Virus record (IMG/VR): IMGVR_UViG_3300026457_000013
Span: 1-64,000 of that record
Origin: a virus
Direction: 5' to 3' (one strand)
DNA length: 64,000 nucleotides
The notes beneath the pieces are model-generated. The model did not search any database, was not told the DNA's origin, and saw only the letters and a program-made list of their open reading frames with translations. The translations under genes were made by a program, and so were the position numbers. This document shows, piece after piece, positions 17,986 through 27,423 of the stretch. Each line of letters begins with the position of its first letter. Within the stretch, counting starts at the first letter, position 1.

Positions 17986-18314
17986 CTAAAATTGTAATTA
18001 ACCGAGACTATGGCAGGTTTGACATTAGCGATGAGGGCTACAGTTTTATTGCTAAACGTAAGGGTTGGCAACATGCCTGCAACGACTACGATCAAAGCTA
18101 TTTTATTACGGCTAAAAGCGCTAGGCCCCTATATGCTGATGATCTTAGCCGTGATGATCCAGACCTAGTTCAATGTCTAGAAACACTGGGCGATGCCGCT
18201 AATGGCAACCACAGCGAACTTAAAATTGTTGAAATACCCAGTGACGTTGACTGGATGATCTGTGAGTATGATGGTATCGAGTGGATAGCAGAAACGCACA
18301 GGACTTGGCGATGA
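17976..18314 (+). CDS. conserved phage hypothetical protein
   Basis: KIVINRDYG, RDDPDLV, LKIVEIP, EYDGIEWIAE. Confidence 0.8.
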   Translation: MDVTKIVINRDYGRFDISDEGYSFIAKRKGWQHACNDYDQSYFITAKSARPLYADDLSRDDPDLVQCLETLGDAANGNHSELKIVEIPSDVDWMICEYDGIEWIAETHRTWR

Positions 18315-18532
18315 CACCTAACATAGTCAAGCAAGTATTAGAATTATATAGCCAAGATATTGCTAAGGTTACTAAACTAACCAACAGTGATATTTTGGCT
18401 ACAAGTGTTTTTAAGCTGCGAGATTATGAACTTGCCACGCTACTTCAAATGATATATAATAAAGGTATGACTGACACCTTAGACAGTTTAGAAAGTGACG
18501 TAGAAGATATAGGTAGAAGTCAGTACGATTAA
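18311..18532 (+). CDS. hypothetical protein
   Basis: ATGA-coupled ORF. Confidence 0.55.
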   Translation: MTPNIVKQVLELYSQDIAKVTKLTNSDILATSVFKLRDYELATLLQMIYNKGMTDTLDSLESDVEDIGRSQYD

Positions 18533-18543
18533 AGGAGAATAAC

Positions 18544-19107
18544 ATGGCCAATTGTTGGCTTATCAGTGACATGCATTTTGGTCATGCTAATATTATAAAA
18601 TTTACCAGGCACGACGGCACTTGGCTGCGTCCCTTTAGTAGTGTTGAAGAGATGGACGAATACATGATCGACAACTGGAACAGTGTTGTCAATAGTAAAG
18701 ACCGTGTATACATGCTAGGTGATGTAGTTATCAATCGTAAAAACCTACATGTGTTGGGCAGACTTAGCGGACGTAAGGTGTTGATCAAAGGCAATCACGA
18801 TATTTTTCCTGCTGAAGAATACCTCAATTACGTAGATGATGTTCGTGGTTATCATGTACTTGACGGTATGCTGTTGAGTCATATACCAGTACATCCAGAT
18901 AGCCTACAGCGATTTGGCTGTAATATTCACGGACACCTACACTATCGTGAGGTTGTACTAGCAGGTGATAAAGTTGACCCTAGATATTTTAACGTAAGTG
19001 TAGAACGTGTTGACTATACTCCAATCAGCTTTGAAGAATGTAAGCGTATAATTAAATTTCGTGGTGGTCATGTAGGCTTCCACGAACACGGTGAAAGGGC
19101 AATGTAG
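18544..19107 (+). CDS. calcineurin-like metallophosphoesterase
   Basis: SDMHFGH, LGD, GNHD, SHIP, HGHLH. Confidence 0.9.
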   Translation: MANCWLISDMHFGHANIIKFTRHDGTWLRPFSSVEEMDEYMIDNWNSVVNSKDRVYMLGDVVINRKNLHVLGRLSGRKVLIKGNHDIFPAEEYLNYVDDVRGYHVLDGMLLSHIPVHPDSLQRFGCNIHGHLHYREVVLAGDKVDPRYFNVSVERVDYTPISFEECKRIIKFRGGHVGFHEHGERAM

Positions 19108-19376
19108 TGGCATATTATATCAGAGACGGTGAATTAGTACCTGTAGCTATTCCATTAAATCAACGTGTTAAGATTGGCAAGTACTACGAACCACCACAAC
19201 TAAGCTATCTTAGCAATGACCAGCTGTGGATACAAGATGTTTATGTGTTCAAGCAAATTCCCTGGTATATGATTAAAAATCGCTATGAACGTTACCTACT
19301 ATACGCTACCTTATACGGTGCTATAGTAGTAATGCTAACCATGATTGGCCGATATTGGCTAGGAGCACCCAATTGA
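19107..19376 (+). CDS. hypothetical membrane-anchored protein
   Basis: C-terminal hydrophobic helix. Confidence 0.6.
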   Translation: MAYYIRDGELVPVAIPLNQRVKIGKYYEPPQLSYLSNDQLWIQDVYVFKQIPWYMIKNRYERYLLYATLYGAIVVMLTMIGRYWLGAPN

Positions 19377-19556
19377 ACAAACAATTAGTAGAAACTTATC
19401 GTCGCCGGAGTTTTGCTAGGTTTATGAAGAATGAAACCAACTATGAACTCCTAGTGCAACTTGTAGTTGAAGATTGCCTGGCAATTATAGAAGCTAATAA
19501 GTCACCTAATAAAGTGGCAATGACCAATAAGATTAAACAACACTTTGGAATCAGTC

Positions 19557-19721
19557 ATGGAACAGAAGTATGAAACTATCGAGGTTGAGTTAACTGACGA
19601 AGAATTTTTACAAATAGCAAAACTTGCACACGATCTAGACGTTACCTTTAACAAAATGGTAGAGCGTATTCTGTGGGATGAAATTAATAAACAAGGCGAT
19701 CTTTTTAGTGGAGATGCGTAG
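19557..19721 (+). CDS. small RHH-like protein
   Basis: IEVELTDEEFLQIAKLAHDLDVTFNKMVERIL; below the ORF-track length cutoff. Confidence 0.55.
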   Translation: MEQKYETIEVELTDEEFLQIAKLAHDLDVTFNKMVERILWDEINKQGDLFSGDA

Positions 19722-20029
19722 TGGATCAAGAGATTATTGACGCAATTAACAGTGCTCTTAAACCAAATCAACAACCACAAACACCCACAAAATTGTCGCC
19801 AAGATTTAAGGCACTGGCTAGGGAATGTGGCTTTGTATTTTGGAATAGTGAACCACACGGCCCTGGGCCTGGACATATTGACTGGAGCTGTGATTATACT
19901 AGTGAGTTTGAACACTATAGCCGTGAACTTGTAATCTGGACTTGTGAACTAATGCGGCAGGAGATTGTACGCGACTACTTGTTTAGATCAAGTGAAAATA
20001 CATATAAGCACCTAGTAGTTCAAGATTAA
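19721..20029 (+). CDS. hypothetical protein
   Basis: LARECGFVFW...IDWSCDY motif. Confidence 0.65.
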   Translation: MDQEIIDAINSALKPNQQPQTPTKLSPRFKALARECGFVFWNSEPHGPGPGHIDWSCDYTSEFEHYSRELVIWTCELMRQEIVRDYLFRSSENTYKHLVVQD

Positions 20030-20077
20030 AAATTTTATCTTGAACTTGTAGCCCAAACCTTGCTATAATATTATTAT

Positions 20078-20790
20078 AGTCAGTGAGGAAAGTAAAGCCT
20101 GACAAGGCCCACAGCTTTAAATGACATTTTGCCACGCTTAGTAAATATTTTATCTTATACAAAATGTGCATTGTAGCGACCACTGACTGTACTTGGCAGT
20201 ATCCTAATGGCTAATAATCTACAGGAGAAATCAACGATAAAAAATCTTAGTTGCTTCCAACAACTAAGCGCGATATAGCCAGCGTTAGGGGCTTTAGGTT
20301 AGTTGCCAAACCTCCCACTGGGCAGACATCCAGGTTTAGGGTAAAACGGTAACGGAGTCTACCTTACTCCGACTAAGGTATGGACAGAGTAACAGCTCAA
20401 GCTAGGGCCATGTGGAAGTGGTGGCTAGCCAAATCCTCTGATGATTCATTGCGATATGATGAAACCCTAAACCCACAAGGTTGACGCTGTGGCCTTCAAT
20501 TGCCGCACCTGCCGCGGTTTAGGGTAAGGATAATAAGGCCCGATAAGCTTGCTGTCACATTCCCTAGTGGCTAGCGGCCAATGTCGAGGCGGGTGAGAGT
20601 CCCGTCAACTAAAATATGTGAGTGATGGTGGACTACGCATAAGGTTATTTGAGACCTGCGGACTGTCGTCCAATAGTAACAAGACAATATGATCCAGTTT
20701 AGGGACTGGTATCATATTCAAGCACACTGGTCGCCTCGTCAAGTGTGTTTGAATATGATTTTTCTTTGGCAGCCACTTGGCTGCCGTTTT
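20078..20790 (+). ncRNA. promoter-driven block of structured non-coding RNAs (~700 nt)
   Basis: TTGAAC...TATAAT at 20040-20069; no credible ORF; successive closed stems; terminal hairpin GGCAGCCACTTGGCTGCC-TTTTT. Confidence 0.65.
20433..20531 (+). ncRNA. hammerhead ribozyme (type I)
   Basis: ATCCT-CTGATGA-(T TCAT tgcgat ATGA T)-GAAA-CCCTAAACC...GGTTTAGGG-TA-AGGAT; stems I and III pair; GUA cleavage after 20526. Confidence 0.72.
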
Positions 20791-20804
20791 TGTCTGGAGA
20801 ACAA

Positions 20805-21047
20805 ATGTATACATGTAAAGTTGTTAACAGCTTAACTAGTGCCGTTGTTGATGAGTTTGAGGTTGACTATCTTTACGAAGCTAGACTAAAGTTTAGCAGG
20901 TGGCATGCAGATGCAGACCCAACACAATACGATTGTCACGTCTACGACGAGTTTGGCGATGCCATAGACTTTACCAGCGATATTGATAGTAGTGTGTACG
21001 AGCCTAGTGAGTACGATGAGTGGATGAGTTATGACCCAGATTGTTAA
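20805..21047 (+). CDS. acidic hypothetical protein
   Basis: ATG after GGAG; ends EPSEYDEWMSYDPDC. Confidence 0.7.
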   Translation: MYTCKVVNSLTSAVVDEFEVDYLYEARLKFSRWHADADPTQYDCHVYDEFGDAIDFTSDIDSSVYEPSEYDEWMSYDPDC

Positions 21048-21285
21048 ACTTGCCAAAGAGCACGGTGCTACACACAAGGCAAACCTAGGTGTTTATCAGT
21101 TCTATGAATATGAATGGGTCAACTATAATAATGCCCTAGTTGAAGTAGCGCTAGAGGCATTACAAGACTTACGCGGATATTCGGGCGTTGGCGCCGACGG
21201 CAATCCACTGTGCACCCACAGTTGGAACAGTGCACTGCTTGCAGCTGAACAGCTTATCAAGGAGCGCATCCTTGGCACTGTATAA
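21031..21285 (+). CDS. hypothetical protein
   Basis: 84-aa ORF in operon. Confidence 0.55.
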   Translation: MTQIVKLAKEHGATHKANLGVYQFYEYEWVNYNNALVEVALEALQDLRGYSGVGADGNPLCTHSWNSALLAAEQLIKERILGTV

Positions 21286-21556
21286 ACACTTATGCCCAGA
21301 CTGGGACTTCCTAGAAATAGACGATGAGTGTGAGGAGTTTAATACTTGTACATGCAAGATAGATAGTAGTGGTCAAACAGCTAAATTTACCGCTGGCACT
21401 AAAGTACTAGTACTGCCAAATCAAATGCAGGCTACTGTTATCAAACAGCACCTAAGCTATGACGGGCCTGAGAGTTTTTGGGGCAATGTACTAGTAGAGT
21501 ATAACGATGGTATTCGTGGTACTTGCAATAATTGGCAACTAAAATACATAGAGTAA
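21188..21556 (+). CDS. hypothetical protein (true start probably later)
   Basis: CPDWDFLEID and SYDGPESFWGNV motifs. Confidence 0.5.
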   Translation: MAPTAIHCAPTVGTVHCLQLNSLSRSASLALYKHLCPDWDFLEIDDECEEFNTCTCKIDSSGQTAKFTAGTKVLVLPNQMQATVIKQHLSYDGPESFWGNVLVEYNDGIRGTCNNWQLKYIE

Positions 21557-21714
21557 AACATGGATCATGACAACCACGGCTACAAGCGCACTATAATTTT
21601 TGTGTTACTGTTACTCTCACTCGTATTAGCCATGTTATTCGGCTAAACGGAAAATATTCTCTTGAAGTGCCGGCCTAACCAGTGTATAATATTTATATAA
21701 TGTGAGGAGCGACA

Positions 21715-21915
21715 ATGACTATTGAAGTGTATACACGTAAGGCTAAATTTGCCGAACTTAGTGCATATTGCCTTCACGCTAGTGATGGTGATTTTATGGA
21801 GGTATGTGAGTGGAGTAATGGTGAAGGGTTTGATGTTACCATCAACAACCGTACCCTGCAGTTCACATATGGCCAGTGGGACTGTTTACGAGTTTTGGTA
21901 AATTATAAAGACTAG
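21715..21915 (+). CDS. hypothetical protein
   Basis: EVCEWSNGEGFDV; own promoter and GAGGAG RBS. Confidence 0.75.
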   Translation: MTIEVYTRKAKFAELSAYCLHASDGDFMEVCEWSNGEGFDVTINNRTLQFTYGQWDCLRVLVNYKD

Positions 21916-22076
21916 AAATATTCACTTGATTTGTTGGTCAGAAGTCTGTATAATATTATTTATCGGTTAGAGAACAATCGCCAGAGAGTACAACCAACTA
22001 ATATTCGGGCTAAGCTATGACTTAGCAGCGGTACTCCCTCTAACCCTAGACAAATAGCAAATTACAAGGAGCACCT

Positions 22077-22370
22077 ATGCGATTCAAGTATACTGCAAAG
22101 AAGCCTAGCCGAGATCAGCTTGCTGGCATGAGTGCTAGCCAATTTAAGACCATGTTAAAGCGTAAGGGTTTTAAGGTTGATCGTGACTTCTTTAAGATAG
22201 GTGCAATGGCTAAGCGTGGTAACAGACTGTATCGCTTTCGTTACTGGGCATACCCTGATTTCTTTGTAGACATTAGCTGCCCTCTCGATGAATTTGATCG
22301 TTGGGCTAATAGTGTGGACAGTACCATTAACTTCTACAACTTCATCGAAACACAAACACTAAAGCAGTAA
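22077..22370 (+). CDS. basic hypothetical protein
   Basis: AAGGAG RBS; promoter at ~21926-21954 with structured leader. Confidence 0.7.
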   Translation: MRFKYTAKKPSRDQLAGMSASQFKTMLKRKGFKVDRDFFKIGAMAKRGNRLYRFRYWAYPDFFVDISCPLDEFDRWANSVDSTINFYNFIETQTLKQ

Positions 22371-22414
22371 AAATATTCACTTGAAGTTTATGTTCCCACA
22401 GTGTATAATATTAT

Positions 22415-23455
22415 TATTGAGTGACAAGTTTAGGGCGAACCAGGGCCAACATTAATCTGTTGGATAAGTTCTTAATCTGTGTTGAAAACACCCTTAACAC
22501 AGACCCCACGAATGGCAGATGGTCGTTGTTAAATGTGGATACTAAAAATATCCGCTCCTGAAAGGTGCAAATCCTAAAAGTATAGTCGGGCGAGAAGGCC
22601 GGGCAATCCAAGGAGATCAACCAAGGGCTATATGCAGAGTGCCAGGTAAAAACAACATTGACCAACCAACCTATTTGTATAATCACCGGCTTGATCCCAT
22701 GCAACTGGTGGTTATACAAATGTGTTGAAATCTGTGGCCAACGTGCTTGCGTAGCTAACCTGCTGCGGAACGGACGCACATGGTGGAAGCTGCAACCACC
22801 CTAAAGGAACCAGCCCCCTAGTTTGTCAATAGTTATAGGGGTTAACCAAAAGACCTGTTACCGTAGCATATACGTAGTTATGCGTTATCTAACACGAGAG
22901 TTAGAAACCAGTGGAGCCGATTCTGCGAAAGCATGGCGGCCACCCACTACATGCCAGTAGCTCAAACGTGCTCAGAGCAAAGGTGTGCTAGAAATAAGCC
23001 CTCTAGCCTGGCCAACAATTCAAACACAGTGCAGAGTGAACATTAGCCTATAGCTAGCTGCCAGCAACTAAAAACAGTGCGTTGCTAAGGTTTGAAACCG
23101 ATCCAGTTTAGGGTCGGGGTTTAGCAGTAACCTAAAACTGCTTGTGCCCTAAGGGGCCAATGCGCCAACAATAAATGGCAAGGCTATAACCACAGTGCCT
23201 GGTTAGTCGCGTTCTTATAATTGTTAATAGCCCTCAACGCAGGGTAATCTAGGTGCAAATCCTAGACGCGCTAGTTGCCCATCTTGGCTGGAACCCAAGA
23301 CCTAAAGCAACTAAGAACAGCAAATGTTCGTGGCATCAACTACACCGACTTACGACGACTCGCAATCGTCTAGAGTGTAGACAAAGATGAATGGTGGTCG
23401 TAGTAGCACTACATAAAAGTAATCCACCCCATTAAACCAAAAACAGCGCAGTTCA
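22415..23455 (+). ncRNA. very large structured ncRNA region (~1 kb), GOLLD/ROOL-like candidate
   Basis: promoter TTGAAG...TATAAT at 22381-22409, terminator at 23455-23479, no credible ORF, many hairpins, embedded tRNA-like element at ~23207-23271. Confidence 0.65.
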
Positions 23456-23479
23456 AAAGCCCGCCTTGTGCGGGCTTTT
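23455..23479 (+). terminator. rho-independent terminator
   Basis: AAAAGCCCGC-CTTGT-GCGGGCTTTT. Confidence 0.85.
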
Positions 23480-23502
23480 GTTTATCTAAAAGGCTATAAA
23501 AC

Positions 23503-23715
23503 ATGTCTCAAGAATTAACCAACCAGCAACTAAAAGACCTTAACGACGATGTCCAAGAATTCATCGACAAGCTAAGGATACACTACAACGACGATACCCT
23601 AGCCATTGCAGCAGCACTAACGCAGTGGGGGCTAAGGCTTTACAAGAGTGAGCTGAGCACACCAGAATTCTACCAACTATTAGTCTACACAATTGAAACT
23701 AACCGCTTCCTCTGA
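23503..23715 (+). CDS. hypothetical protein
   Basis: 70-aa ORF. Confidence 0.65.
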   Translation: MSQELTNQQLKDLNDDVQEFIDKLRIHYNDDTLAIAAALTQWGLRLYKSELSTPEFYQLLVYTIETNRFL

Positions 23716-24039
23716 CCCTAAACCTCAACAACCCTCACTAAAAAATTCACTTGTTTTTGCTTATGCAAATGTGATATAATTTATTATAAATTGAAAAAAT
23801 TTAGAATTAGCAGCTGTACAGTGCAACTAGTACAAAACTCTGGGGGGTGTCCTGGCAAGGGGGGATCCAGGGGGCTTTGTGCTAGGTAGCTCGCAACCGG
23901 TACAAGGCTAGCTAATTCTAGAGATTTAGGGTCAAATCTCGAACCTTAAAAAGAGCAAATATAAAAATTAAAGCAAATTTTCCCACCCCCCAAAAGTGCT
24001 CCAGCCCTAGCAAAACCACAACTAACCAAACAAGCTAAA

Positions 24040-24789
24040 ATGTATATTAGACAGCAAGATATAAAAACCTTAGAACTGGATCACCTAGCCAATCAAGCTA
24101 CTGAATCAATTGAAACCTGGGTAAAAGACAACAATCTTTGCAACCATGCTAGCTGGCTACTACCACAGCTGGTAAATTGGTTTGGCAGCTGGCAACTCTA
24201 CAATGACGGTAAAACTACTGTAGCCAAAAATTGCACCAATAATTGGGCTCGTGCCATTTATAGGATTAGTCGTGTAAAGCGTAGCTTGCTCATTAGAACA
24301 CAAACTAAACTGCCACAGTATGGGCAGCTAACTCCACTCCTTATGTTAGGATTTAAGCGCTATCAAGGTTATAGCTATGAACAATTTCGTGAAATCGAGG
24401 GCTTAGAGTGGTTGCTGGAACCTGATTTATATGAATCACTAGTAAATATAGAGCCTATAGACCTTAGCCAAAACAGACTACTAGCTATACGCACTCAAGG
24501 GTTAATTACAAAAAGCGGATCAAAAACTGGTGAGCTTAAAAATCCAGAGAGTACTTGGTCACTAACAGGTATCAAGGACACTGAATTAGGCAACTACCCT
24601 AAACTTGTGCAAACTATGGTTTGTCAAATTTGGCTAGCACATCCCAAGCATCGTAACAGTGACATGATCTTAGACCCTAATAATTGGGATGCAATGCCTA
24701 AACCATTAATAGATGATACAAGCGGCATTGTTAGTGTATCCAAGGAATCGACCAAGGTGCTAACACGCGAGATATTGCCATGGGACTAA
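24040..24789 (+). CDS. T5-like conserved early hypothetical protein
   Basis: SWLLPQL and YGQLTPLLM..FK resemble, from memory, an early protein flanking the T5 terminal repeat. Confidence 0.6.
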   Translation: MYIRQQDIKTLELDHLANQATESIETWVKDNNLCNHASWLLPQLVNWFGSWQLYNDGKTTVAKNCTNNWARAIYRISRVKRSLLIRTQTKLPQYGQLTPLLMLGFKRYQGYSYEQFREIEGLEWLLEPDLYESLVNIEPIDLSQNRLLAIRTQGLITKSGSKTGELKNPESTWSLTGIKDTELGNYPKLVQTMVCQIWLAHPKHRNSDMILDPNNWDAMPKPLIDDTSGIVSVSKESTKVLTREILPWD

Positions 24790-24849
24790 TTATAGTTGAT
24801 AGTTTAGTTACTAACAATTTTAATAATATAACGATTTAGGGTCAAAATT

Positions 24850-25161
24850 ATGAAATACAACAAGGAACTAACTGACAAGATTGTGGAGCAGTATAAAAGT
24901 GGTCAAACCGCTAAACAAATAGCAGAAGGTCTTGGCGTCGCTGACCGTAGCATAATTGCCAAGCTGAGCAGTTTGGGTGTCTACCAAAAAAAGACGTATG
25001 TCAACAAACGTGGTGAGGTGCCCATCAAGAAGTACGAGATGATCGAACGATTGGCCGAATTGTTGGAGGTGCCAAGCGATCAGCTGGAGAGTTTGGAAAA
25101 AGTCAACAAAAACGTACTTAAATTGCTTGAAAACCGCTTATCTGACCCTAAACCGCAATAA
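24850..25161 (+). CDS. T5 A2/D3-like DNA-binding protein (paralogue 2)
   Basis: IVEQYKSG...RSIIAKLSSLGVY...ESLEKVN. Confidence 0.7.
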   Translation: MKYNKELTDKIVEQYKSGQTAKQIAEGLGVADRSIIAKLSSLGVYQKKTYVNKRGEVPIKKYEMIERLAELLEVPSDQLESLEKVNKNVLKLLENRLSDPKPQ

Positions 25162-25192
25162 TCGTCGATAATCCAGCTAAATTCTAGCCAAT

Positions 25193-25219
25193 AAGCCCTG
25201 CCTTGTGCAGGGCTTTTTT
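25193..25219 (+). terminator. rho-independent terminator
   Basis: AAGCCCTGC-CTTGT-GCAGGGCTTTTTT; same loop as at 23455. Confidence 0.85.
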
Positions 25220-25798
25220 ATTGTGTGACATAGTGGGTTTCTGCGGTTTAGGGTCAGAATTATTTACTTGACTTGGGTCAGGGATTTGCACTATAATGTT
25301 GGCGCAGACCCCCAAGATTTTGCACTTGTGGAGTTTTGGCACTGGCGCAAGCTCAAAGTTTAGCACTTGAGTTTTTGCACTGGCGCAGCACCACTGGTGG
25401 TGTGCTAAGTTCTAGAACGTATAATGTTATGGACCCTAAACCGTTATGGTTTATATAATTTAGCATGGTTACAGAAATTGGTACGTTATAGAAACTAACC
25501 GACCAGCGGCGGCTTAGGGTCGACAAACGGTGGCATTTTCGCTTGACACCCACGCAAATTTTATGGTAAAATTTGGCGCCATATCGTTATAAATTATATA
25601 AATCATAACCTGGCCAATCGACCCGACCAGTGGCAGTTAGCGGCTGATGAACGGCAGGAAAAACGCTTGACACCCGCGCAATTATACTAGTATAATTGGC
25701 GCCACCGCTATAAAAAATATAGCGGTGCAAATTCTATATTTTATAACCGTTATGTGAAAAATAACGGCCCGCTCGGGGCCGTTATGGTTTTTAGAATC

Positions 25799-26113
25799 CT
25801 AGTCTACCAAATCCATTTCCAGCATGTTATCAATTATATAACCTGGAAGCTTGGTAGTTTCGCAATTCATATAACGCTCTAGGGCTAAGAACTCGCCAAT
25901 CTTGCGATCAAACTTGTCATTATCAGCGCACCAAGCAAAGCTAACGTCATAAAATTTAGCATGACGCGCATTGTGCGCACAAGGCATGGCCACAAGAGCG
26001 AATCCGTTTTCATCACCCATAGGTGCGCGAGTGTGGACAATTCCGCCAGATTCTAGAACGTAGGCAAGCAAGTCCTTACGAATGATTTTTTGGTTTTTGG
26101 TCATTTTTTCCAT
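25799..26113 (-). CDS. hypothetical protein
   Basis: AWCADNDKFDRKIGEFLALER; AAGGA RBS. Confidence 0.7.
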   Translation of the reverse strand: MEKMTKNQKIIRKDLLAYVLESGGIVHTRAPMGDENGFALVAMPCAHNARHAKFYDVSFAWCADNDKFDRKIGEFLALERYMNCETTKLPGYIIDNMLEMDLVD

Positions 26114-26168
26114 AACAGTAGTTCCTTTTAGAGTTTAGAACGGAACGGGTTTTGGCCCGTTCCAGTTT

Positions 26169-26495
26169 TTACAGCGGTTTGCTGTTAGCTAAAGCATCGA
26201 AAATCGCTTTAAGAGCCGACTTGTTAGCCTTAGTTAGCGATTCTATATCGTTTTCCGATAGGCGAAGAATCGCGCCGATTGCATCGGCCGTTACATCTTT
26301 TTTAACGGGCTTTTCGCCAGTTTTTGTAACGTACTGTTTTGCAACATAAACTTTCTCGCGCGAAAGTTTCGCTACAATCGAACGAACGGTTTTACCCATA
26401 GCCGAAGCAATATCTTCGACCTTGACGCCCGCCTGATAGTCCGCTATAATTTTAGCGGTTTGCTCGGCGGTATAGTTAACGGCTTTTTCTGCCAT
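26169..26495 (-). CDS. T5 A2/D3-like DNA-binding protein (paralogue 3)
   Basis: ATG at 26495 after AGGAG; MGKTVRSIVAKLSREKVYVAK. Confidence 0.75.
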   Translation of the reverse strand: MAEKAVNYTAEQTAKIIADYQAGVKVEDIASAMGKTVRSIVAKLSREKVYVAKQYVTKTGEKPVKKDVTADAIGAILRLSENDIESLTKANKSALKAIFDALANSKPL

Positions 26496-26797
26496 TGCTA
26501 TAGCTCCTAGAACTGTTGCAGTTTCGACCCCATGTCCCCTGCAACAGAACCCATTATACACCTATCTGCCTGGCAGATTGTCGCCCTAGCGACAATTGGC
26601 CTACCATTCATCAGGTGGATCAGCGGCAACCCCACCCGACCAGCGGCAGACTGCATCCGACGAACGGCACCCCGCAGGGCTTGACACGCAGGCAAAAATT
26701 ATGATATAATTATATCATAATTTTGGCGCCATCGCTCTAAATTCTATAACTTAGAGCGATATAATAAAAAATATAGCGGCTTGTGCCGCTATATTTT

Positions 26798-27187
26798 TTA
26801 TAACGTCCTCACAATTGGTTCGTTTTTATTTATATAATATTCATGGGTTGCGCTTGGTGGCAAGCCATACTCTAGCATCATGCGCCGCCAATCAGGGCCA
26901 TGCCAAAAGTCTGTGGGGTCTTCGCCATTAATTATATAATCTGCAACATGGATTAGCTCATGCGGTACAATAACGCAAAGCATCTCGGCTTTATAACGGT
27001 TAAAAAACTTGCTAGCAAATTCTACCTCATGCACCTCGCAGTGTGCGAGGCCCGCAGTGCGATACATGCGATTGCTAATTCTAACTTTTGGAACGCTATG
27101 CGTTTTTAGTTCTGGCCACAATTCTTGCATAGCAGTCCAGTGTAGGGTAACAGCGGCTGTTACAACTTTTATCAACGAATCGGCCAT
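26798..27187 (-). CDS. SprT-like zinc metalloprotease
   Basis: RTAGLA, PHELIH, HGPDWR. Confidence 0.85.
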   Translation of the reverse strand: MADSLIKVVTAAVTLHWTAMQELWPELKTHSVPKVRISNRMYRTAGLAHCEVHEVEFASKFFNRYKAEMLCVIVPHELIHVADYIINGEDPTDFWHGPDWRRMMLEYGLPPSATHEYYINKNEPIVRTL

Positions 27188-27423
27188 AATTTATACCTCG
27201 CAATAATTGTTACAAGAAATAGATTGACGATATAGTTTGCTATAAGAATCATATCGCCTTTGGGCACGATATAGACTGTCATGGAAACCATACCAGTCCA
27301 CCACATTGTTATAAAACCTAGTGTAAGCCCGTCTGAGTTTTTAGAACGATAGGATTCAATGGCTTGGGGCAGGGCCGAAGCCCCAAGCAGTATAGAACCT
27401 AGAACGCCGAATGTATCAAACAT
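27172..27423 (-). CDS. PQ-loop/SemiSWEET-like small transporter
   Basis: 83 aa, three hydrophobic helices, ALPQAIESYRSKNSDGLT, IANY. Confidence 0.75.
   Translation of the reverse strand: MFDTFGVLGSILLGASALPQAIESYRSKNSDGLTLGFITMWWTGMVSMTVYIVPKGDMILIANYIVNLFLVTIIARYKLWPIR

Noticed and set aside
20085-20100. RNase P RNA (GAGGAAAG)
   Set aside because: Lacks the following UCC and the 3' ACAGAA..CGGCUUA conserved region
22414-22779. 121-aa minus-strand ORF in the large non-coding block
   Set aside because: No RBS or protein-like motifs, and opposite to the local promoter-terminator unit
25644-25665. CTGATGA...GAAA second hammerhead
   Set aside because: No stem II or III pairing; it is box2 of the repeat module
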